A DNA stretch of 64,000 nucleotides from positions 1 through 64,000 of the forward strand of contig JBBIUY010000014.1 of assembly GCA_037440005.1 (NCBI GenBank), given 5' to 3'. A program made the position numbers and the translations under genes. The notes under the pieces are model-generated. The model was not told the DNA's origin, searched no databases, and saw only the letters and a list, made by a program, of their open reading frames with translations. Source of the stretch: Armatimonadota bacterium. GTDB taxonomy: Bacteria; Sysuimicrobiota; Sysuimicrobiia; Sysuimicrobiales; Kaftiobacteriaceae. Of this stretch, positions 28,960-38,692 are shown in pieces (positions within the stretch are counted from its first letter, which is position 1; every line of letters begins with the position of its first letter).

Positions 28960-30326
28960 TGCAGGCCCCCGGCGCCCTCCCGGACCGGCCGGGAGGCGCG
29001 CTCCTGCGCGGGTGGCTGTTGCTGGCGGTGGGGGCGGCCGGCGTGGCCGGGATCCTGGCGGTGGCGGTGGCCGCCGCGCGCATCCCGGGCGCGCGGGTGC
29101 TGTCCGGCGACAGCTTCGTCACCCTGCTGGTCGGCCATGTGGCGTTTTCGCTGATCGTGTGGCTGCTGGCCGGGGTGGTGGTCGTCGCCCTGTCCGCCAC
29201 AGCGCCCCGGTCCCCCGGGGCGGGGTGGGCGGGCCTGGGGCTGGCTGCCGGCGGAAGCGTCCTGCTGCTGTGGGCCAGCCTGGCCGGCCGGGGCCGCGCC
29301 GTGCTCAGCGACTACGTACCCGTGGTGGACACGCCGGCGTACCTGGGCGGCCTGGCCCTGGTGGCCAGTGGCGCCGCCGCAGCGCTGGGATCGGTGGTGC
29401 GGCCGGGGCCGGCGCACCGCGGGCAGCCCGTGACCGGCTGGGGCGCGGCCTGCGTGGCTGCCTCCTTCGGCGCGACGCTGCTGGCCGCCCTGGGCGGGAT
29501 CCTGCGGGCGGGACACCTGTCCACCCAGGTGATGTTCTGGGGGGCGGGGCATGCCCTGCAGTACGTGTACGCGGGCGCCCTGGCGGTCAGCTGGTACACG
29601 CTGGCCGGCGCCGTCTCGGGTGCACCCCCGCCCGCTGAGGGCGTGAGCCGGGCCGCCTTCGCCCTCTATCCGGTGCTGGCCCTGCAGGGAGCGGCCCTGT
29701 ACGCCCTCCCCGACCCGGCGGCGCTGCCGGGCCTGTGGAAGGTCAACCTGGTCCTGGGAGCGGGGATCAGCGTGCCCACCATCGCCCACCTGGCGGTGGT
29801 CGCCGCGGCGGCCGCCCGCCGGGGCACGGTCCGCGCGGCGGCGCACACGCCGGAGGTGGCCGCGCTGGTCCTGTCGGTGGCATTCTACCTGCTGGGAGGG
29901 CTTCTGGCGCCGGTCGGCACCCGCGGCACCCTGCGGGTGACGGCCCACTACCACGCGGTGCTGGTGGGCGGGGTGACGGTGGCGTTCATGGGGATGGTCC
30001 ACCACCTGCTGGACGTCCACGGGTGGGCGCGGGGAGGCCGCCGGGCGGCGGCCGTCCAGCTGTGGCTGTTCGGCGCGGGGGTGCTCGCCACGGTGGGAGT
30101 GCTGGCCTGGGCCGGGGCCCTGGGCGCCCCGCGCAAGATGGCGGGCAGCGTGGCGGCGTCCGGCCCGTGGGCTTCCGTCATGCGGCTGATGGCTGTGGCG
30201 GCGGTGCCCGCCGTCCTGGGCGGCGCGCTGTTCGTGGCGCTGGCGCTGGCCGCGCTGCTGCGGGCGTCCCGGTCGTCCCGGGTGCTGCCGGCCCCGCGGG
30301 CCCTGGCCGGACCGCTGCCGCCGTGA
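28959..30326 (+). CDS. Divergent subunit-I-like membrane protein
   Basis: Coupled to subunit I; VGHVAF, FWGAGHALQ, AHYHAV; no HH pair. Confidence 0.65.
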   Translation: MQAPGALPDRPGGALLRGWLLLAVGAAGVAGILAVAVAAARIPGARVLSGDSFVTLLVGHVAFSLIVWLLAGVVVVALSATAPRSPGAGWAGLGLAAGGSVLLLWASLAGRGRAVLSDYVPVVDTPAYLGGLALVASGAAAALGSVVRPGPAHRGQPVTGWGAACVAASFGATLLAALGGILRAGHLSTQVMFWGAGHALQYVYAGALAVSWYTLAGAVSGAPPPAEGVSRAAFALYPVLALQGAALYALPDPAALPGLWKVNLVLGAGISVPTIAHLAVVAAAAARRGTVRAAAHTPEVAALVLSVAFYLLGGLLAPVGTRGTLRVTAHYHAVLVGGVTVAFMGMVHHLLDVHGWARGGRRAAAVQLWLFGAGVLATVGVLAWAGALGAPRKMAGSVAASGPWASVMRLMAVAAVPAVLGGALFVALALAALLRASRSSRVLPAPRALAGPLPP

Positions 30327-30778
30327 AGCTCAGCCGCGAGAGCGAGTACGCCCTGGACGGGCTGGCGTACCTGGCCCGCCGGAAACCCGGGACCGTGCTG
30401 CCCCTGCGGGCCATCGCCCGGGCCCGGGGACTGCCGCCGGTGTTCCTGGCGAAGATCTTCCGCCGGCTGACCCGGGCCGGCCTGCTCACCTCCCACCGCG
30501 GAGGCCGCCGGGGATACGCGCTGGCCCGTCCCCCGCAGGCCGTCAGCGTCAAGGAGGTCGTGGAGGCGGTGGAGGGCGCCGACGTCTTCCGCCGGTGCGT
30601 CTTCTGGAGCAACCGGTGCTCCGACGACCACCCCTGCCTGCTCCACGACCTGTGGAAGACGGTCCGCCCCCAGGTGGTGGAGATGATGGCGTCCCTGACC
30701 CTGGAGGACGTGGCCCGGGGCGGCCTGGAGGAGGCGCTCCGAGCGTCCCGCTCCCGCCATCGGGCAGCCGCCCGATAG
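30323..30778 (+). CDS. Rrf2-family transcriptional regulator
   Basis: SEYAL, HRGGRRGYALA, CVFWSNRCSDDHPC. Confidence 0.9.
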   Translation: MKLSRESEYALDGLAYLARRKPGTVLPLRAIARARGLPPVFLAKIFRRLTRAGLLTSHRGGRRGYALARPPQAVSVKEVVEAVEGADVFRRCVFWSNRCSDDHPCLLHDLWKTVRPQVVEMMASLTLEDVARGGLEEALRASRSRHRAAAR

Positions 30779-30869
30779 GCACGATCCGGCCCATCCCGTA
30801 TATCTCCACGGGGGGATCGCCCGAGCGGCGACCTCCCATCGGACTCTCCACCCAGGGGGTGCGTTCGGC

Positions 30870-32135
30870 ATGGCGACCATGGTGATGGCGCCCAAGGAAG
30901 ACGCCTGGCAGATGGCCCTGCGGCAGTTCAACGAGGCCGCCGACCACCTGCCCCTCAAGCGCGGCATCCGGGAGTTCCTCGCCTATCCCAAGCGGGAGCT
31001 GACCGTCAACTTCCCGGTCAAGATGGACGACGGCTCGGTGCGGGTGTTCACCGGCCACCGGGTGCACCACAGCACGGTGCTGGGGCCCACCAAGGGCGGC
31101 ATCCGCTACCACCCCGACGTGACCCTCAACGAGGTGCGGGCCCTGGCCATGTGGATGACCTGGAAGTGCGCGGTGGTGGGCCTGCCCTACGGCGGGGCCA
31201 AGGGCGGGGTGGTGGTGAACCCCAAGGAGCTGTCCCGGGACGAGCTGGAGCACCTGACCCGGCGCTACGCCACCGAGATCAGCATCCTCATGAGCCCCGA
31301 AGGCGACATCCCCGCCCCCGACGTGGGGACCAACCCCCAGGTGATGGCGTGGATCATGGACACCTACAGCATGCACCGGGGGTACTCGACGCCGTCGGTG
31401 GTGACCGGCAAGCCGCTGAGCATCGGGGGCTCCCACGGCCGGGTGGAGGCCACCGGGCGCGGCGTGGCCATCGTCACCCGGGAGATCACCCGGCACCTGG
31501 GGATGTCGCTGGCCGGGTCCCGGGTGGTGGTGCAGGGGTTCGGCAACGTGGGCTCGGTGGCGGCGTACCTGCTGCACGACCTGGGCTGTCGGGTGGTGGC
31601 CGTCAGCGACTCCCGGGGCGGGGTCTACACCCCCCGGGGGCTGGATCCGCGGGAGGCGCTGCGGTACAAGCAGGCCACCGGATCGGTGGTGGGCCTTCCC
31701 GGGACCGACCGGGTGACCAACGAGGAGCTGCTGACGCTGCCGTGTGAGATCCTGATCCCCAGCGCCCTGGAGGGGCAGATCGACGGCCGGATCGCCGAGC
31801 GGATCTCCGCCCGCCTGGTCGCCGAGGGCGCCAACGGGCCCACCACCCCCGACGGGGACGCGGTGCTGGCCGACCGGGGGATTCCCGTCATCCCCGACAT
31901 CCTGGCCAACGCCGGGGGGGTGATCGTCTCCTACTTCGAGTGGGTGCAGGGGCTGCAGCAGTTCTTCTGGACCGAGGAGGAGGTCAACCACCACCTGGAG
32001 AGGATGATGGTGCGGGCCTTCCACCGGGTGTGGCAGGCCGCCGAGGAGCACAAGGTGCGGCTGCGGGTGGCGGCCCTCATCCAGGCCATCGGCCGGGTGG
32101 CGGACGCCCTCTACACCCGGGGCATCTACCCGTAG
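30870..32135 (+). CDS. gdhA: Glu/Leu/Phe/Val dehydrogenase (glutamate dehydrogenase)
   Basis: KGGIRY, GGAKGG, DIPAPDVGT, QGFGNVG, EGANGP. Confidence 0.9.
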   Translation: MATMVMAPKEDAWQMALRQFNEAADHLPLKRGIREFLAYPKRELTVNFPVKMDDGSVRVFTGHRVHHSTVLGPTKGGIRYHPDVTLNEVRALAMWMTWKCAVVGLPYGGAKGGVVVNPKELSRDELEHLTRRYATEISILMSPEGDIPAPDVGTNPQVMAWIMDTYSMHRGYSTPSVVTGKPLSIGGSHGRVEATGRGVAIVTREITRHLGMSLAGSRVVVQGFGNVGSVAAYLLHDLGCRVVAVSDSRGGVYTPRGLDPREALRYKQATGSVVGLPGTDRVTNEELLTLPCEILIPSALEGQIDGRIAERISARLVAEGANGPTTPDGDAVLADRGIPVIPDILANAGGVIVSYFEWVQGLQQFFWTEEEVNHHLERMMVRAFHRVWQAAEEHKVRLRVAALIQAIGRVADALYTRGIYP

Positions 32136-33112
32136 GATCCGGGCCGGGGGTCTTCCGGCGGGGCGGCGTGCGCCGCCCCGCCGGCCCGCGCGCCCGCTCC
32201 GGGGAGCGCGATTGACGCGACGGCGGCGGCGCCGATCAGGGCCGCCACCACCGCCAGCGACACGCCCACGGGGATCGGGTACACCTCGCTGAGCACCATC
32301 TTGACGCCCACGAAGACCAGGACCAGCCCCAGCCCCAGGTGCAGGTAGCGCAGCCGCACCAGCAGGCCGGCCAGCAGGAAGTACAGAGCCCGCAGGCCCA
32401 GGATGGCGAAGATGTTGGAGGTGTAGACGATGAACGGGTCCCGGGTGACGGCGAAGATGGCCGGGATCGAATCCACCGCGAACAGGATGTCGGTCAGCTC
32501 CACCGTGGCCAGGGCCAGGACCAGCGGGGTCGCCACCACCCGGGAACCCTCCCGCACCACGAACCGCGCCCCGTGGTACCGCGGCGTCAGCGGCAGGCGG
32601 TGCTGCAGCCAGCGGATCAGCGGATGGCGCTCGGGGTGGACGGTCTCCTCCCGCCCGCGCAGCATCCGGGCTCCGGTGACCACCAGGATGGCGCCGAACA
32701 GGTAGATGGTCCAGTGGAAGGCCTCCAGCAGGGCGGCGCCGGCCAGGATGAACGCCATCCGGAAGACAACCGCCCCCAGGATGCCCCAGAATAGGACCCG
32801 GTGCTGGGCCGGGGCCGGCACGGCGAAGTAGGTGAAGATGACCAGGAACACGAAGATGTTGTCCACGCTGAGGGCCTTCTCGATCAGGTAGCCGGCGAGG
32901 TACTCCAGGCCGCGCGCGGGGCCGAAGCGCAGCCACACGCCGGCGCCCCACAGCAGGGCCAGCGCCACCCACACCACGCTCCAGGTGAGGGCTTCCCGGG
33001 CCCGGACCTCGTGGGCCCGGCGGTGGAAGACGCCCAGGTCCAGCGCCAGCAGCGCCGCGATCAGCAGGGAAAACCCGGCCCACAGCCACGGGGTTCCGAC
33101 CGAGGCCGGCAT
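32126..33112 (-). CDS. TerC/Alx-family metal (Mn) export protein
   Basis: EKALSVDNIFVF, DILFAVDSIPA, SNIFAILGLR. Confidence 0.92.
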   Translation of the reverse strand: MPASVGTPWLWAGFSLLIAALLALDLGVFHRRAHEVRAREALTWSVVWVALALLWGAGVWLRFGPARGLEYLAGYLIEKALSVDNIFVFLVIFTYFAVPAPAQHRVLFWGILGAVVFRMAFILAGAALLEAFHWTIYLFGAILVVTGARMLRGREETVHPERHPLIRWLQHRLPLTPRYHGARFVVREGSRVVATPLVLALATVELTDILFAVDSIPAIFAVTRDPFIVYTSNIFAILGLRALYFLLAGLLVRLRYLHLGLGLVLVFVGVKMVLSEVYPIPVGVSLAVVAALIGAAAVASIALPGAGARAGGAAHAAPPEDPRPGSYG

Positions 33113-33176
33113 GGCCGTCTCCTTTCCCGGCGGCGGGCCCACAACGCAAGAGGCGAGGCCTTCGCCGCCGTGCAGC

Positions 33177-33305
33177 GAAGGTCTCGCCCCCGCCCGCCGG
33201 GGTGCCGTGACCGGCCGGTGGCTGCGGGAGGCCGGGCCGGATCCGCGAGGATCGTGGTGACGGCCCGGCCACGGATCGCGAAGGACTCCGCGGCTACTCC
33301 CCTTC
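33177..33305 (-). ncRNA. yybP-ykoY manganese riboswitch
   Basis: Minus strand GAAGGGGAGTAGC...CGTCACCACG...GGCGAGACCTTC upstream of terC, followed by an alternative hairpin. Confidence 0.88.
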
Positions 33306-33312
33306 GGGGCCG

Positions 33313-33341
33313 AGGATACGCTACGGCCGGCGCACCGTCAA
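33313..33341 (-). promoter_or_regulatory. Promoter of riboswitch-terC
   Basis: TTGACG-N17-TATCCT overlapping the usp 3' end; predicted start about 33306. Confidence 0.65.
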
Positions 33342-33785
33342 GACCGGGACGGGGCTGTGCCGGACCACGTGCTCGGCCACGCTGCCGAACAGGACGTGGG
33401 CCAGGCCCGTGCGGCCGTGGGTGCCCACCACGATCACGTCGGCGGCCACCTCCCGGGCGACCTCCAGGATCGTCGTGCGGGGGCTGCCCTCCCGCAGCAG
33501 GGTCCGGGCCCGGGGGTGGCGGGCGGCCAGCTTGGTCATCTCGCTGGCGGCCTCGCTGCGCAGCCGATCCATGAGCTGGCCAACCGCCGGCATGGCCGCC
33601 AGTTCGGTGGGCAGGCCCGCCGCCCCGGCCAGGCTCAGGTCCAGGACGTGCAGAATCACCAGTTCGGCGTTGAAGGCCTCGGACAGGGTCCGGGCCCACT
33701 CCAGCGCCCGCTCGGCATCGGGTGAGAAGTCGGTGGCGGCGAGGATGCGCCGGATGCGGATCGGACTGGCGGCCTGTGCGTTCAT
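33321..33785 (-). CDS. Universal stress protein
   Basis: ATDFS, VGTHGRTG...FGSVAE. Confidence 0.9.
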   Translation of the reverse strand: MNAQAASPIRIRRILAATDFSPDAERALEWARTLSEAFNAELVILHVLDLSLAGAAGLPTELAAMPAVGQLMDRLRSEAASEMTKLAARHPRARTLLREGSPRTTILEVAREVAADVIVVGTHGRTGLAHVLFGSVAEHVVRHSPVPVLTVRRP

Positions 33786-33991
33786 GCTGTCACCTCAGGG
33801 GCGGGTCTTCTGCCGGTCGGAGGTTTCGGCGCCGACCGGGTGAGTTCCGCCCGGACGGCGAGGGGACCTGCCTCCCGCCGTCCCCCTCTCGCCGGTGTCG
33901 CCATCGGGTGGCGGGGGGATTCTCCCGGCGGCGGGGGGAGGCTATGATCGCAGCGGGACGTGCCACAGTCGACGCCAAGGAGGGATCGCGC

Positions 33992-34486
33992 ATGGGCGAG
34001 AAGGGTCGCGCCATCGTCGAGGTCAACGTGGACGAGCTGATCCAGCAGCTGCGGAAGGCGTACCTGGACGAGCTGCTGGCGTTTTACTCCTACTGGATCA
34101 CCGCCCAGGTGGCGGAAGGGTTCCACGGGGAGGAGCTGACGGAACACTTCAAGGAGGAGGCGATGGACGAGCTGGGCCACGCCGAGAAGCTGGCCCGGCG
34201 GATCATCGAGCTGGGGGGCGACCCGGTGGTGCACCCCCGGGAGTGGGAGGCCGGCGCCAACGGGCCGTGGACGGCTCCCCGCCGCGACTGGAGCGACGCC
34301 GACGGCATGGTGGAGGACCAGATCCGGGCCGAGCGGGCCGCCATCGAAGCCTACAACCGCCTGGCCAAGATGACCTTCGGCAAGGATCCGGTGACCTACG
34401 CGCTGGCCACCAGCCTGCTGGCCGACGAGGTCCGCCACGAGGAGTTTCTGGAAAATCTGGTGGCCCGCAAGCCCTCCCGGTCGTAG
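33992..34486 (+). CDS. Ferritin-like (DpsL/bacterioferritin-like) protein
   Basis: DELLAFYSY, DELGHA..LARRIIELGG, AERAAI..Y, DEVRHEE. Confidence 0.85.
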   Translation: MGEKGRAIVEVNVDELIQQLRKAYLDELLAFYSYWITAQVAEGFHGEELTEHFKEEAMDELGHAEKLARRIIELGGDPVVHPREWEAGANGPWTAPRRDWSDADGMVEDQIRAERAAIEAYNRLAKMTFGKDPVTYALATSLLADEVRHEEFLENLVARKPSRS

Positions 34487-34634
34487 TCCACCGCGCCCGC
34501 CGTCGGGCGCCGAGGCGACAGGCGGAGATCCTCGGGCCGGGACCCGACGGCCCGTTCGGGCGGCCGTCCGATGGGCGGCCCCGGCGGCGGGGCGTACCCT
34601 GGAGGCGGAGGCCGTGGACAGGAGGCGACAGCCC

Positions 34635-35117
34635 ATGGGGCGTGCCGTCCGCCGGGTGCTGGTGGCCACCGACCTTTCCGACGCCGCGCCGGGCCTGCTG
34701 GCTCAGGCCATCGGGGTCGCGCGGCGCTGGCGAGCCGAGCTGGCGGTGGTGCACGTCTTCGACCCCGGCGCCTACGAGAAGCTGCTGGACGAGACCGGGA
34801 TGCCGGTGGACGAGTACGTGGGCCACCTGCGGACGGAGATGCAGGACGCCCTGGCGGAGGCCGGCATCGGCGACACCGACGTCCCCGTGCGCCTGGAGGT
34901 GATCGAGGATCGGGACGTGGCGGGGGCCATCGTCTCCGCGGCCGCCCGCCTGGACGCCGACCTGGTGGTGGTGGGCGCGCGGCCGCGGCGCGGGCTGCCG
35001 GCCCTGCGGGGCGGGGTCGCCGACGCGGTCCTGCGCCGCGCCGGCCGGCCCGTTCTGGTCGTCCCCCACGCCTTCCTGGACGCCGGGACGACGCCGGCGC
35101 TGGCCTCCGCCTCGTGA
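34635..35117 (+). CDS. Universal stress protein
   Basis: VATDLS, ADLVVVG, GGVADAVLR. Confidence 0.85.
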   Translation: MGRAVRRVLVATDLSDAAPGLLAQAIGVARRWRAELAVVHVFDPGAYEKLLDETGMPVDEYVGHLRTEMQDALAEAGIGDTDVPVRLEVIEDRDVAGAIVSAAARLDADLVVVGARPRRGLPALRGGVADAVLRRAGRPVLVVPHAFLDAGTTPALASAS

Positions 35118-35127
35118 GGACCCGCCG

Positions 35128-35580
35128 ATGCAGCGCATCCTGGTGCCGGTGGACCTGTCCGCCACGTCGGAGGCGGTCGTGGGCGCGGCCGCGGACCTGG
35201 CGCGCGCGCTGGGGGCGGAGCTGCGGATCCTCCACGTGTACACCCCCGACGACGCGGCCGACGCGCAGGGGGAGAGGCCTGACGCCCACGCGACGTTCGC
35301 CGGCCGGCTGGAGGACGCGGTGCGGGCGCTTGCCGGGCGGGTCGGCGTCCGGGCGGACGTGGAGGTCTGCCAGGGGTGGTCCATTCCCGAGCAGATCCTG
35401 CAGACCGCGCGCCGGTGGGAGGCGACCCTGATCGTCATGGGCACCCACGGCCGGCGGGGGTGGAGGCGGGTCCTGCTGGGCAGCGTGGCGGAAGAGGTGC
35501 TGCGGCACGCGGCCTGTCCCGTCCTGGTGATTCCCCCAGGCGCGGGGCGGACCTCCCAGCTGGCGGGGACGGCGAGGTGA
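35128..35580 (+). CDS. Universal stress protein
   Basis: VPVDLS, MGTHGRRG...LGSVAEEV. Confidence 0.9.
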   Translation: MQRILVPVDLSATSEAVVGAAADLARALGAELRILHVYTPDDAADAQGERPDAHATFAGRLEDAVRALAGRVGVRADVEVCQGWSIPEQILQTARRWEATLIVMGTHGRRGWRRVLLGSVAEEVLRHAACPVLVIPPGAGRTSQLAGTAR

Positions 35581-35586
35581 TGAGCC

Positions 35587-36288
35587 GTGGGTGAGATGCC
35601 GGGAGCCGGACTGTCCGGTCCCAGTCGGGTCCGCCTGCGGGCGAAGGACGTGATGTCCTCGCCGGTGGTGACCGTGCGGCCCGACACGCCGGTCACGGAC
35701 GCGGCCGCGCTGATGGCCGCCCACCACATCAGCGGCCTGCCGGTGGTCACCGCCGAGGGAGAGCTGGTAGGCATCGTCACCGAGGCGGACCTGCTCAGGC
35801 ACGCCCGGGGAGGCCGCCGCGAGCGCGGGGCGCGCGCGGTCCGCCTGCGGGTCAGGGACCTGATGACCTCCCCGGTGGTCACCGTGGACGAGGAGGCGTT
35901 GCTGTCCGAGGTGGCGGCGCTGATGGTGCGGCGCCAGATCAACCGGGTGCCGGTGATGCGCGCCGGCCAGCTGGTGGGCATCGTCAGCCGCGCCGACATC
36001 GTCCGGGCTCTGGCGCGCTCCGACGAGGAGATTGCGGCGGCGGTGCGGGACAGCCTGCTGCACGACCTGTGGGTGGACACCAGCCGGCTGACGGTGGAGG
36101 TGCGCCAGGGAGTGGTGATCCTCGACGGCGAGGTGGACCGCTGGTCCGAGAAGCAGCTGGTGGAACGGTGGGTGGCCGCGGCCGACGGGGTCGTGGGGGT
36201 GGACAGCCGCCTGACCTACCGGTTCGACGACCGCCGGGCGTCGTTGGGCGACTTGTGGCCCGAGCCCCGGGTGGGAGGTGCGCGGTGA
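35587..36288 (+). CDS. CBS-pair plus BON domain protein
   Basis: Two CBS repeats followed by SDEEIAAAV...VEVRQGVVILDGEV...GVVGVDSRL. Confidence 0.85.
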   Translation: MGEMPGAGLSGPSRVRLRAKDVMSSPVVTVRPDTPVTDAAALMAAHHISGLPVVTAEGELVGIVTEADLLRHARGGRRERGARAVRLRVRDLMTSPVVTVDEEALLSEVAALMVRRQINRVPVMRAGQLVGIVSRADIVRALARSDEEIAAAVRDSLLHDLWVDTSRLTVEVRQGVVILDGEVDRWSEKQLVERWVAAADGVVGVDSRLTYRFDDRRASLGDLWPEPRVGGAR

Positions 36289-36953
36289 CGGCGTCCGAGC
36301 TGGCGGGCAGGATCGAGCACGCGGTGCTGGGCCCGCAGGCGACCGCGGCGGACGTGGAGGAGGCCGCGCGCCTGGCGCGGCGGTGGGGGGTCCGGGCCCT
36401 GGTGGTCAAGCCCGTCCACGTGCCCGTCGCGGCGCGGGCGCTGGCGGGGTCGCCGGTCCTGGTGGTGACGGTGGTGGGGTTCCCCCACGGGGGGCAGACC
36501 ACCGAGACCAAGGTGGCCGAGACGCGCCAGGCCCTCGCCCGGGGCGCCGCCGAGGTGGACATGGTCATGGACATCGGCGCCCTGCGGGAACGCGACCTGG
36601 CCCGGGTGTTCTACGACATCCGGGCGGTGGTGGAGGCCGCATCCGGCCGGCCGGTCAAGGTCATCCTGGAGACCGGCTACCTCACCGACACCGAGAAGCG
36701 CCTGGCGGCCCGCCTGGCGGCCCGGGCGGGAGCGGCGTTCGTCAAGACCGGCACCGGATTCGGTCCCGCCGGGGCGACGGCCGCCGACGTGGCGCTGCTG
36801 CGCCGCACCGTCCCGCGGCCGGTGGGGGTCAAGGCCGCGGGGGGCATCCGGTCCTACCGCGACGCCGTGGCGCTGCTGGAGGCGGGAGCGGACCTGCTGG
36901 GAACCAGCGCCACCGACGCCATCCTCCGGGAAGCCGCCGCCCCGGCCGCCTAG
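36285..36953 (+). CDS. deoC: Deoxyribose-phosphate aldolase
   Basis: VGFPHG, EVDMV, KVILET, FVKTGTGF, VKAAGGIR. Confidence 0.92.
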   Translation: MTASELAGRIEHAVLGPQATAADVEEAARLARRWGVRALVVKPVHVPVAARALAGSPVLVVTVVGFPHGGQTTETKVAETRQALARGAAEVDMVMDIGALRERDLARVFYDIRAVVEAASGRPVKVILETGYLTDTEKRLAARLAARAGAAFVKTGTGFGPAGATAADVALLRRTVPRPVGVKAAGGIRSYRDAVALLEAGADLLGTSATDAILREAAAPAA

Positions 36954-36984
36954 CCGGCGGCAGATCCGGAACCGGAACCCGGCG

Positions 36985-37653
36985 TCACGGTCGCCGGTCG
37001 GCGGGCGTCGCGGCCGCGGGAAGATGCCGGAGGAACCACTCGGAGGCCAGGTCCGCCACCCGGTCCAGCGCTCCGGGCTCTTCGAACAGGTGGCCCGCGC
37101 CGGCAACGACCTCCAGCCGCGCGGGGCCGGCGAGCAGCGCCAGGGCCTGACGGTTGAGGTCCAGCACCGGCAGGTCCCGCTCGCCCACGATCAGCAGCGT
37201 CGGAGCCAGCACCCGCGGCAGGACGTCGGCCGCCAGGTCCGGCCGTCCCCCCCGCGACACCACCGCCGCGACCCGGTGAGGCCGGTCGGCGGCGGCGCGC
37301 AGGGCGGCCGCGGCGCCGGTGCTGGCTCCGAACAGTCCCAGGGGGAGGCCGGCGGTCTGCGGATCACGTCCGGTCCAGTCCACGATGTCCAGCAGACGGC
37401 GCCCTAGCAGCGGGATGTCAAAGCGCAGGTGGGCCGTGAGCTGGTCCGCTTCCTCCTCGGCGGGCGTCAGGAGGTCGATCAGCAACGTGGCCAGCCCGGC
37501 CTGCTGCAGGCGGCCGGCCACGTGGCGGTTGCGGGGGCTGTGGCGGCTGCTGCCGCTGCCGTGGGCAAACGCCACCAGTCCCCGCGCGGCGGCGGGGACC
37601 GCCAGGTCGCCGTCCAGGGAGCCGTCGGACACCGGGACCTGCACTGAACGCAC
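36985..37653 (-). CDS. Alpha/beta hydrolase (dienelactone hydrolase-like)
   Basis: FAHGSGSSRHSPRN, GASTG, SRGGRPD, HLFEE. Confidence 0.85.
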   Translation of the reverse strand: MRSVQVPVSDGSLDGDLAVPAAARGLVAFAHGSGSSRHSPRNRHVAGRLQQAGLATLLIDLLTPAEEEADQLTAHLRFDIPLLGRRLLDIVDWTGRDPQTAGLPLGLFGASTGAAAALRAAADRPHRVAAVVSRGGRPDLAADVLPRVLAPTLLIVGERDLPVLDLNRQALALLAGPARLEVVAGAGHLFEEPGALDRVADLASEWFLRHLPAAATPADRRP

Positions 37654-37696
37654 GGCGGCTGTCCTCCACCTCCATTATGCGCTATCCTCGGGGGCG

Positions 37697-38692
37697 ATGG
37701 TGCGGCTGGGGCTGGCCGGAGACGTGATGCTGGGGCGGCTGGTGGACCGCTTCGTCCTGGCGGATCCGTCGGTGGACCCGGCGTGGGTGTGGGGGGACAC
37801 CCTGGACCTGTGGCGGCGGGCCGACCTGCGCCTGGTGAATCTGGAGTGCGTCATCGCCACCGGCGGGACGCCCTGGGTGCCCAAGGTGTTTCACTTCCGC
37901 GCCCGGCCGCGGGCCCTGGACGCGCTGGCGGCGGCCGGCATCCACTGCGTGAGCCTGGCCAACAATCACGTCCTGGACTTCGGCTACGGCGCCCTGCGGG
38001 AATGCCTGGCGCTGTTGCGGCGGCGGGGACTCCGCTATGCCGGCGCGGGGGAGACCCTGGAGGAGGCGATGGCGCCGGCGGTCCTGGAGGCGGGACACCG
38101 GCGGGTGGCGGTGGTGGCGGTCACCGACAACGAGCCCGAGTGGGAGGCGACGCCGGACCGCCCGGGGGTGTTCTACGTGGCCTGCGACGCCCACGGCCTG
38201 CGGGAGCCGTACCGACAGCGGGTGCGCCGGGCGCTGGACCACGCCCGCCGGCAGGCTCCGGCGGTGATCGTTTCCGGCCACGTGGGCCCCAACTGGGGCC
38301 CGCCGACCCCCGCCATGCGGGCCCTGGCCCGCCAGGTGGTGGACCTGGGCGCCGACCTGTACTGGGGCCACTCCAACCACACCGTGCAGGGCATCGAGTG
38401 GTACCGGGGCCGGCCGCTGCTGTATGCGGCGGGAGATTTCATCGACGACTACGCGGTGGACCCCGAGGAGCGCAACGACCTCTCCTGCCTGTTCGAGGTC
38501 CTGCTGGACGACACCGGCGTCCGCCGGATCCGGCTGCACCCGGTCCGCATCGCCGACTTCCGCGTCACCCGGGCCCGGGGGGACGACGTGGCCTGGATGC
38601 ACCGCTGGCTGCGGGCGCGGATGGAGGAGTGCGGGACCCGGATCGCCTTCGAGGGAGACGTGGGTGTGGTGGATCGGCCGGACAACAACTAA
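37697..38692 (+). CDS. CapA-family metallophosphoesterase
   Basis: GDVMLGR, NLEC, SLANNHVLDFG, GHSNH. Confidence 0.88.
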   Translation: MVRLGLAGDVMLGRLVDRFVLADPSVDPAWVWGDTLDLWRRADLRLVNLECVIATGGTPWVPKVFHFRARPRALDALAAAGIHCVSLANNHVLDFGYGALRECLALLRRRGLRYAGAGETLEEAMAPAVLEAGHRRVAVVAVTDNEPEWEATPDRPGVFYVACDAHGLREPYRQRVRRALDHARRQAPAVIVSGHVGPNWGPPTPAMRALARQVVDLGADLYWGHSNHTVQGIEWYRGRPLLYAAGDFIDDYAVDPEERNDLSCLFEVLLDDTGVRRIRLHPVRIADFRVTRARGDDVAWMHRWLRARMEECGTRIAFEGDVGVVDRPDNN

